Assembly: GCA_031550325.1 (NCBI GenBank)
Contig: JAVBOR010000007.1
Coordinates: 27,885-91,884 of the forward strand
From: Oscillospiraceae bacterium
Lineage (GTDB): Bacteria > Bacillota > Clostridia > Oscillospirales > UBA929
Reading direction: 5' to 3'
Length of the DNA stretch: 64,000 nt
Position numbers and translations under genes: made by a program. Positions within the stretch are counted from its first letter, which is position 1. Every line of letters starts with the position of its first letter. Below the pieces are notes generated by a model that was not told the origin of the DNA, searched no databases, and worked only from the letters and a program-made list of their open reading frames with translations. This document shows positions 37,251-44,759 of the stretch, piece by piece.

Positions 37251-37458
37251 CCAGTCGATCACACTTGGCGAGAACATCCGCATCACCGTATTGTCGGTTG
37301 AGGGTGATCGCGTGAGCCTGGGCATTGACGCGCCGCGGGACGTGCGCATCTTCCGGTCGGAGCTGCTTGAGGGCACAAAAGAGACCAACCAGGAGTCGCT
37401 GTCCTCTGTTTTCCCCGCCAAGGAGCTTGTCAGGCGGAAGGGCGAAAAGCCGCAGTAA
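37225..37458 (+). CDS. csrA: Carbon storage regulator CsrA (flagellin translation repressor)
   Basis: MLVLTRKLNQSITLGENIRITVLSVEGDRVSLGIDAPRDVRIFRSEL. The gene overlaps the 3' end of fliW. Confidence 0.9.
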   Translation: MLVLTRKLNQSITLGENIRITVLSVEGDRVSLGIDAPRDVRIFRSELLEGTKETNQESLSSVFPAKELVRRKGEKPQ

Positions 37459-37533
37459 GGCGGCCGGAGGGCCGGGCTGTCCGGCGGCTCGCCGCCGGCA
37501 TCTATATCTATTTATAAGTGCAAGACAAAAAGC

Positions 37534-37574
37534 GCAAGGATGGAAGGCGAGAAACGCCCCCTCCTTGCTTTTTT
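37534..37574 (+). terminator. Rho-independent terminator downstream of csrA
   Basis: The stem is gcaagga...tccttgc, with an inner ggcg/cgcc pairing, followed by tttttt (37569-37574). Confidence 0.55.
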
Positions 37575-37783
37575 GATATGTTGATTGGGCAGGGCAGCAC
37601 CCCGGGCGCCGACTGCTATTTTTGCCGATAAAGCCGAAAAGGCCAGCGCCGCGCCGATCTCAGGCGCAGTCAGAAACCCCGCGCCGGGCGCAGGGAGGTC
37701 GGCCGGCGCGGCGCGGGGCGCGGAGGAAGAGCGGCGCTTGACCTGCTCGGAGACGCGCCGGTGAAAAAAGATCGAAGAAGGAT

Positions 37784-37810
37784 TAAAGGTTTGTCCTGAA
37801 AGCACGATAT
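37784..37810 (+). promoter_or_regulatory. SigD (sigma-28)-type promoter of the flagellin gene
   Basis: TAAA (37784-37787), a 15-nt spacer, then CACGATAT (37803-37810). The consensus is TAAA-N15-GCCGATAT. The promoter is about 140 nt upstream of the flagellin ATG. Confidence 0.55.
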
Positions 37811-37952
37811 TATTGTTCGGAGGGGAACAGAGCCTGTCAGCCAAAAGCGTTGGCGCCAACGAAGCTGGACGGCGGGCTTTGCAACCTCGATAAAAATCAT
37901 GCAAGGCTCTGGCAAGATGCCGGGGACCTAAAATTCAAGGAGGAAAACCCAA

Positions 37953-39008
37953 ATGCGTATTCAGAACAATATGATGGCCCTTAACACCCACCGTCAGCTC
38001 GCCGTGAACCAGAACAACCAGACCAAAGCCACCGAGAAGCTCAGCTCCGGATTTCGAATCAACCGCGCCGCGGACGACGCCGCCGGCCTCTCGATCAGTG
38101 AGAAAATGAGAGCTCAGATTCGTGGCCTTAACCGTGCATCCGCCAACGCGCAGGACGGCATTTCGATGATCCAGGCCGCTGAAGGCGCGCTCCAGGAGAC
38201 CCACTCGATCCTGCAGCGTACCCGTGAGCTGGCAGTTCAGGGCGCCAATGACGTCAACGCCGACGAAGACCGTACCGCGATCATGGACGAAATTCAGCAG
38301 CTCGGCCGCGAGCTTGACCGTATTTCCACCACGACCAACTTCAACGGCAAGTACATTCTGTCCGGCCAGTACGCCGACCTCGGCACCACTTCTGGCGACG
38401 ACCGTTATTCCGGCAACGTAGTGTATGCCGACGTCAACGACAACTCCGACGTCATCGGCTCGATCAACCTTCAGGTTGGCGCGAACACGCTGTTCGGCGA
38501 TGTCATCTCGGTTAACATGTCGGGCGTCAACGCCACAAACCTGCTCACCGACAACTTCTGGTCCAATGACGGTGCCTACGGCTCCATCGGAACGCTCAAC
38601 AAGGAACCCGGTGAAGTCATGGCCATGGTCGGCGACAGCGATGTTGCGACTTCCGCCGACGGAACTGCCTGGACCATCAACTCCTTCCAGTCCCTGATCA
38701 ACATTATCGACAGCAAGAATCCCGATGGAACTGCCAAAGACGCCGCCTCGGAAGCCAAGACGGGCATCGGCCTTGTCAACGAACTGCGCAGCCAGCTCGG
38801 CGCCGTGCAGAACCGCCTTGAGCACACCATCAGCAACACCGACACCGTGGCCGAGAACATGCAGGGCGCTGAGAGCCGCATACGCGACGCCGACATGGCC
38901 AAGGAAATGATGAACTTCACGAAGAACAACATCCTCAACCAGGCCGCGACCGCGATGCTCGCGCAGGCCAACCAGGCCCCGCAGACCGTGCTGCAGCTGC
39001 TGCAGTAA
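37953..39008 (+). CDS. fliC: Flagellin
   Basis: MRIQNNMMALNTHRQLAVNQNNQTKATEKLSSGFRINRAADDAAGLSISEKMRAQIRGL at the N-terminus. The C-terminus is RIRDADMAKEMMNFTKNNILNQAATAMLAQANQAPQTVLQLLQ. Confidence 0.95.
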   Translation: MRIQNNMMALNTHRQLAVNQNNQTKATEKLSSGFRINRAADDAAGLSISEKMRAQIRGLNRASANAQDGISMIQAAEGALQETHSILQRTRELAVQGANDVNADEDRTAIMDEIQQLGRELDRISTTTNFNGKYILSGQYADLGTTSGDDRYSGNVVYADVNDNSDVIGSINLQVGANTLFGDVISVNMSGVNATNLLTDNFWSNDGAYGSIGTLNKEPGEVMAMVGDSDVATSADGTAWTINSFQSLINIIDSKNPDGTAKDAASEAKTGIGLVNELRSQLGAVQNRLEHTISNTDTVAENMQGAESRIRDADMAKEMMNFTKNNILNQAATAMLAQANQAPQTVLQLLQ

Positions 39009-39193
39009 TCGTAAACTAAGCTAGCCAAGGGCATAGTATTCATATGGCATTGTCAGACGGGCGCTACGCCCGTTTGGCATGTCAGGAGAAAATTCCTCAC
39101 AAAAACCTCACAACTTCCCCCCTCCTATGAGGGCCTATCCTGTCAAGAGGTAGGGAAACCTCTTGCGACATATTGAATGGAGGCAACTCACTC

Positions 39194-41335
39194 ATGAAAA
39201 CCAAGAAATTACTGTCTCTGGTGCTTGCGTTTGTGTTCGTAGCCAGCCTGGCGGCAATTCCCGCGTTTGCCGAAGGCGAGACCGAAGAAGTCGTAGCCTT
39301 TAATCCCGGCATCGTTTTTGAAGAAGCAGTTGACTACACCCTCATCCCGACCGTGGACAGAATCGGCGACACCACCGTCACCACGGCGTTTGACGCCGTG
39401 ACCGCCGCCCTGGCAGAAGGTTCGATTAAGCTCGACCTCGGCGCTGAGAAGCTCTTTGTGCCCGAATCCGTAGCCATCGCCGCGTACAGCGTGGATGGCG
39501 GACAGAAGTGGAAGACGGCTTCCCTGGGCTCCAACACCGGCGCAGACATCAGCAAGCTTCTGAACAAGGAAAACACCATCTGGCTGACCACTTCGTATGA
39601 CAAGAAGGCCAAGGGCCCCACAAAGGGTACCGCCGCTGTTGCCCAGACGGCTGACAAAGAAGCCGTTGCTGCTGTTGAAGGCGCTGTCGTCCTGAAGTTT
39701 GCCAAGATCGCCGCCCGCCCCAAAGCCGAGAAACTGGTTGTCAACTACGCGCTGTTTAAGGACGCTACGGGAGTGACCCCCGGCGAGTGGGCGCTGACCA
39801 AGAAGGACGCCACAACCACCGCCGTGAAGACCGGCCTGCAGGTTGCCCTGTCCGACGACAAGAAAAACCCCAATGTGACCAAGGTTGAAGAAGTGTCCTT
39901 CACCTGGGGCGCATTCCCCGAAGAGGGCGGCCTGAACGTGGAAGCTCTGGCCGAAGGTTCCAAGCCCACCAAGCGCGTGTACCTGGTTCGCCTCCAGCCT
40001 GTTATGGAAGCCGGCAAATACGCGCCCGCGTCCAAGCCCGCTAAAGTAACCGCGTCCAGCGAACAGAAGGCTGTCAAGCTCAAAGCCGACTACAAAAAAG
40101 AGCTGATCAAGGGCAAAGAAAACCTGAACGTGTTCTTTGGCGGAGACATCTCCAAAGTCGATGCTGAAAAGACCTATACCAAGGATGCCCCGCGCGGCAC
40201 GCTGATGGCTCCCATGACCAAAGAGCAGGCCAAAGCGGGCGTCGATATCTCGACGTATATGACCGAAGCTCGCGAGAGTGTTACGCTGTGGATCGGTGCC
40301 ACTGAGAAGAAGCCCGCCACTGCCAAGCAGGTCATCAAACTCGCTGCACGCGCCTATCTGAAAAATGAGGCCCTTTCCCCGGCCAAGGGCAAGCTGAAGG
40401 TCGACAGCAAAAAGTATGAAGTGCTCAACACTGAAAAGAATAAGTGGGGCTCGCTGCCCAAAGTCGAAGCCAGCAAGACGCTTTCCATCCGCCTGAAAGC
40501 CACCGCCAAGGGCGGCAAGGAAGACGACACGACCTATGCAGCAAGCCGCAACGGCGGACTGGTCCTCGGGTTTGGCCCGTTTGACGAGAAGAAGCTTGAC
40601 AAAAAGGGAATCGTCTCCGCCATGGTGAACGCACCCGAATATGCGGGCGTGCTGACCGCGGTTCCGGAAACCGAGAGCGTCTCTGTTGAGTTCGGCATGA
40701 CGACCCAGACCGTCGTCTTTAACGTCACCGGCCTTGTTGAGGATGACACGCTTGTCAGCGAAGCCGGCGCAGGCAAAATCAGCTATGACGTGTCCTTTGG
40801 CACCGCCGACATTGTTTCCGCAACCTCTTCGTACGCCGACAAGAAGATTACGCTGACCCTGACCACTAAGAACGCCGGCAAGACCAGCGTGGACATCGCG
40901 TTTACCGTCGACGCCGCAGTGGAAACTGCCGATCTGTACTTCCCCGAAATGTTCTCCACACTCCCGGCCAATGTCACCGTTACGCCCAAAGCCCTGAAGC
41001 TTCCTGACGTCACCGCCGCCACCATCGCCGCGCTCTCCGCGACTGCTGTGAAGTACACCTTTACGTTTGAAGACTCGCTGAAAGCCCTGCTGACCAGCGG
41101 CGCAGTGAAGATCACCAACAACACGCTGAGCAACGTGAGCGTGAGCTACGACACCGCGACAGAGGGCAAGATCATCGCCTCGGTCGTTGGAAGCGGCAAC
41201 AATGAGACCCCGCAGGAGCTCGTCTTTACCCTGGCGGTTGACGCTGCCAAGACCACGAACTATGTGGTCGCCGAAACCGCCATCACGAAAACCGTGACCA
41301 TCACCAAGGTCGCCGCGCTGAGCGAAGGCGAATAA
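39194..41335 (+). CDS. Secreted protein of unrecognised family, paralog 1 (713 aa)
   Basis: RBS is aatggagg. The signal peptide is MKTKKLLSLVLAFVFVASLAAIPAFA. It shares an ordered motif series with the next two genes: YSVDGGQKWK, RPKAEKLVVNY, PASKPAKVT, KADYKKELIK, ATEKKPATA, KWGSLPK, IRLKATAKGGKE. Confidence 0.85.
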   Translation: MKTKKLLSLVLAFVFVASLAAIPAFAEGETEEVVAFNPGIVFEEAVDYTLIPTVDRIGDTTVTTAFDAVTAALAEGSIKLDLGAEKLFVPESVAIAAYSVDGGQKWKTASLGSNTGADISKLLNKENTIWLTTSYDKKAKGPTKGTAAVAQTADKEAVAAVEGAVVLKFAKIAARPKAEKLVVNYALFKDATGVTPGEWALTKKDATTTAVKTGLQVALSDDKKNPNVTKVEEVSFTWGAFPEEGGLNVEALAEGSKPTKRVYLVRLQPVMEAGKYAPASKPAKVTASSEQKAVKLKADYKKELIKGKENLNVFFGGDISKVDAEKTYTKDAPRGTLMAPMTKEQAKAGVDISTYMTEARESVTLWIGATEKKPATAKQVIKLAARAYLKNEALSPAKGKLKVDSKKYEVLNTEKNKWGSLPKVEASKTLSIRLKATAKGGKEDDTTYAASRNGGLVLGFGPFDEKKLDKKGIVSAMVNAPEYAGVLTAVPETESVSVEFGMTTQTVVFNVTGLVEDDTLVSEAGAGKISYDVSFGTADIVSATSSYADKKITLTLTTKNAGKTSVDIAFTVDAAVETADLYFPEMFSTLPANVTVTPKALKLPDVTAATIAALSATAVKYTFTFEDSLKALLTSGAVKITNNTLSNVSVSYDTATEGKIIASVVGSGNNETPQELVFTLAVDAAKTTNYVVAETAITKTVTITKVAALSEGE

Positions 41336-41547
41336 GGCTTAAACCCCGCATCCAAAGCAAAACATGCGAACAGAGCGGGGAACCCCCGGCACAGCGCCGG
41401 GGATTCCCCGTTCCCCCGGATTGACGCTGTTTTGCGTGTCAGGCAGGCCGAACTGCCTGGTGTGCAAAACATCGCTAATCGGTAAAACGAGGAGCTTAAG
41501 CAGACAATCACCGCGCGGGTTCACGCGGATACAAAGGAGATGCCATT

Positions 41548-44500
41548 ATGAAACGCATCGGAATCCTCTTGCTGGCGCTTTGCTGCGCGGTTTGCGCCAT
41601 GACCATTTCTGCACTGGCCGCGGACGAGCCGGCCACCTTTGACCACAACATCAACTATGCCGACAATCTGTCGGCCAACCGCTACAAGGTTAGTGCCGAC
41701 TCCAGCGACGCATGGATCGACCTGGGAACCGAGCGCCTGTACGCGGCTGACGGCGTCAACATCAGCGGCATCAGCTACGACGGCGGCAACAAGTGGAAGA
41801 CGGTCGTCGTCCCCGCGGAAGGGCTTGACCTGACCAAGGCATTCAACAAGCCCACCTCGATCGTGTTGGCCACGCAGATGAACGGCAAGAAGCCCCGTCT
41901 CACGGCCTCGGCCGACGGTTCGGAGCCCGCGGGCAAGCTCATCAAGTTTCCCTCGATCTCCGGCCGGCCCAAAATAGACAAGTTTATAGTCAACTATCTA
42001 GTCGGCGCGGACGACACCGGCGCGACAAACGGGCGCTGGGTGCTGACGCTGAAAGATTCCAGCAGGCCGCTGACCGGCTATCAGGTCGCGCCCTCGCTTA
42101 ACAAAAAGACGCCCGATACCGTCATGCTCGACACCAGTGGAAAGGTCAGTGACTCCGGCACGGTGGAAGCCAGCTGGGGGAGCTTTTCGCTCAGCGGCAG
42201 CGCCCAGGGCGTCAGTATCATCGGCCTGACCGAAAGCGGCAAACAGCAGAAGCTGAACTACGTTGTGCGTGTGGCGCCGAACGCGCAGACGCGCACACCA
42301 GCCTCCAAAGTGAAAAAGATCACCGTGGCCGGCGTCGGCAAGAAAGTTGTGTTTAAGGCCGATTATAAAAAGGAAATCATCAAGCTCAAAGAAAACGGCA
42401 TGTTCTTTGAGGGGGATCTCGCCGGTCTCGGGCAAAACACGACAAAGCTTTCCCGCCAGTCCAAGGATGAGGCAAAAGCCGGGACTCAGCTGGGGAACAT
42501 GATGGAAAAAACCGCCTGCATGTGGATTGCGGCCACGGTCAAAAAACCGGCCACAGCGGCGCAGGAAGTGACGTTTGCAGCGCGCGGCATGATGAAAGAG
42601 ACCGAACTGAAGGTGGCCTCGGGCAAAACAAGCGTCAGCACCAAAGAGTATGAGATCTACGACCCCGCCAAGAAAAAGTGGGGCTCGCTGCCCAAGCTTA
42701 CGGGCGCATGTGAACTGGGTATCCGCATCAAGGCTACCGCGAAGGGCGGCAAGGAGTCGGATGACACGAAGTTCGCAGCCAGTGAAGAGGGAAAACTGGT
42801 CATTGACTGGGGCGAATACACCAAGGGAAAATCAGGCGTTATCGGCGCGGCGATCATTGCGCCGGAGTATACGGGCGTTTTCCGGTATAGTCCGGACAAG
42901 ACAGTGTACATCCAGGACGAGTCGGATACGACCTTTACGGTGACCTTTGAGGCCAAGGGCCTTTACTCGGGCGACACTCTGGTGCTGAAGGCCACCGGCG
43001 ACACCCTCACGGACGTGGCTGCGGGCGAGGTTTGGATCAGGCCCAAAGTCAACTACAAGAACACGGGCGCCGCGGAGGACTCCATTACCTACACGGCGAG
43101 CCTTTCCGACGGAAAACTGAAGCTGGAGGTCATGCCCGAGCTGGCCTGCGAGGCCACCATTGAGCTTGAGTACGCTCTGGGCACGCACAGCCCGGTCTAT
43201 GACGCTGACAACAGCGGGGGCCGCGCGGCGGTGATCAAGGTCAACAGCGTCGGTGAAACCGTGAAGCTGAACAGCATGAAACCCGCGTATCTGGACGACG
43301 GCGTGCGCATCAGCATGACGACCGCGGCCACCAGCGGCACCACGCCGCGCCGCGCCAAGGTTGTCAAGGGCACAGCGGTCATCTCGTCCGACGGCCAACT
43401 GCAGATGGCTTCCAAGCAGGATTTGAGCGGGTATACCAGCTTTACCTACGCTGCCTCCGACAAGGACGAAGCGCTGCCCGAAGAATCTGTGTTTACAAGC
43501 GACGCTGTCGAGGTCAGCCATGAGGGATATCTATTTGTCAAAGCCGAGGGGCAGGGCAAGAGCACCATCTACTTTGCCTATGAACTCAAGGACGCCTCGG
43601 GCGCGCGCATGAAAAGCGCTGCCTTCTCGGGCGACCAGGTGATCGTTACGCTTGACGAGCCGCTGTCCGACAGCGCCGAAACAGGCGGAGCGTCCATTGT
43701 CCTGGAGGGCTGGGGCGTAGGCCAGGCCACGCGCAGCTATGTGACAAACATCGCCCTCAGCGCGGACAAGAAGCAGATGACCATGACGCTGGACGACGGG
43801 TTTGCGATGCAGAGCGGCGCAAAATATGTGCTGACCTACAGCGGCGCGACGCAGTCGGACGTTTTGTCCGACCGGCACAGCAACGCGATGCAGCCCGGCA
43901 GCGTGCCGGTCGGCAGCATCAGCGGCGTGGACCGCGTCCGGTTTGAAAACGGACTGATGAACACCCCTGTCGACGTCGTGGCCCCTGAGCCGGTCTCCTC
44001 GCTGTCGGCGCTGACTACAGACAACATTTACAGCATTTCGCTGGCCGGAAGCAACACGGGCATGATGATTGTTGACGGCGCAACCAGTGTGCAGTATGCG
44101 CGCAGCAACACACTGATGGCCACCGAGATGACCATGAACAGCTTCACCAACGGAACCGTTGTCTCCGGCCTGAGCGTGGGCGATTATCTGTATGTCAAGG
44201 CCGACGGGAAATATTATGTGTTCCAGGTGGCCAAAAACTCGCTGGCCAGCACGACCGACACCACGCGCCCGCTGGCCTCCAGCGCCGCGCTTATCAAGTC
44301 CGAAGCCACCTACACCGCCACGCTGACCGCCAACGAGGCGCTGCTCAAGTTCGGCCTTGGGCCGAGACCCGAGCAGTTCAGAATTGACACGGGCACGCTC
44401 AACAATATTGCAGTGAGCAAAGTGGCCGTTTCGGGCACAAAGATTACGCTGACCCTCACGGGAAGCGATCTCAGCGGCATCGCGAACGGCGATGATGTCA

Positions 44501-44619
44501 AAATCACTTATAACACCGGCAGAAACGGCATTTCGGACGCGAACGGAAACCGCGTCCTGGCTTTCAACACGGTCAAGCTGACGCTGTCCGGCTTTTCCAC
44601 CGCTTCGCCGTTGCCTTAA
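41548..44619 (+). CDS. Secreted protein of unrecognised family, paralog 2 (1023 aa)
   Basis: RBS is aaaggaga. The signal peptide is MKRIGILLLALCCAVCAMTISALA. Motifs are SYDGGNKWK, RPKIDKFIVNY, PASKVKKIT, KADYKKEIIK, ATVKKPATA, KKWGSLPK, IRIKATAKGGKE. The long beta-rich C-terminal half has D-x-x-GN endings (ISDANGNRV). Confidence 0.85.
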   Translation: MKRIGILLLALCCAVCAMTISALAADEPATFDHNINYADNLSANRYKVSADSSDAWIDLGTERLYAADGVNISGISYDGGNKWKTVVVPAEGLDLTKAFNKPTSIVLATQMNGKKPRLTASADGSEPAGKLIKFPSISGRPKIDKFIVNYLVGADDTGATNGRWVLTLKDSSRPLTGYQVAPSLNKKTPDTVMLDTSGKVSDSGTVEASWGSFSLSGSAQGVSIIGLTESGKQQKLNYVVRVAPNAQTRTPASKVKKITVAGVGKKVVFKADYKKEIIKLKENGMFFEGDLAGLGQNTTKLSRQSKDEAKAGTQLGNMMEKTACMWIAATVKKPATAAQEVTFAARGMMKETELKVASGKTSVSTKEYEIYDPAKKKWGSLPKLTGACELGIRIKATAKGGKESDDTKFAASEEGKLVIDWGEYTKGKSGVIGAAIIAPEYTGVFRYSPDKTVYIQDESDTTFTVTFEAKGLYSGDTLVLKATGDTLTDVAAGEVWIRPKVNYKNTGAAEDSITYTASLSDGKLKLEVMPELACEATIELEYALGTHSPVYDADNSGGRAAVIKVNSVGETVKLNSMKPAYLDDGVRISMTTAATSGTTPRRAKVVKGTAVISSDGQLQMASKQDLSGYTSFTYAASDKDEALPEESVFTSDAVEVSHEGYLFVKAEGQGKSTIYFAYELKDASGARMKSAAFSGDQVIVTLDEPLSDSAETGGASIVLEGWGVGQATRSYVTNIALSADKKQMTMTLDDGFAMQSGAKYVLTYSGATQSDVLSDRHSNAMQPGSVPVGSISGVDRVRFENGLMNTPVDVVAPEPVSSLSALTTDNIYSISLAGSNTGMMIVDGATSVQYARSNTLMATEMTMNSFTNGTVVSGLSVGDYLYVKADGKYYVFQVAKNSLASTTDTTRPLASSAALIKSEATYTATLTANEALLKFGLGPRPEQFRIDTGTLNNIAVSKVAVSGTKITLTLTGSDLSGIANGDDVKITYNTGRNGISDANGNRVLAFNTVKLTLSGFSTASPLP

Positions 44620-44759
44620 TGCTGTCTATCCAGGGGCCGTCTCAGAGTCGGCTCCTGGATAGCCTATATGCCCCGCGGGCCGGCAAGGCCCTTGTTTAGA
44701 GTTTCCCCGGCGCCCCGATGCCTGGACCCTATACAGATCAATTGCCTGGAGGTGGAGAC

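Noticed and set aside
37621-37628. A perfect sigma-28 -10 octamer GCCGATAA upstream of flagellin
   Set aside because: There is no TAAA-like -35 at the required 15-16 nt spacing (the sequence there is GGCG). It is about 325 nt from the start codon. The TAAA-N15-CACGATAT element at 37784-37810 is a better promoter.
39100-39193. A possible promoter for paralog 1 (TTGCGA / CATATT, TCAA...GCGACATA)
   Set aside because: The spacings (20 and 18 nt) and hexamer quality do not fit either the sigma-70 or the sigma-28 consensus, so it is not reported as a feature.
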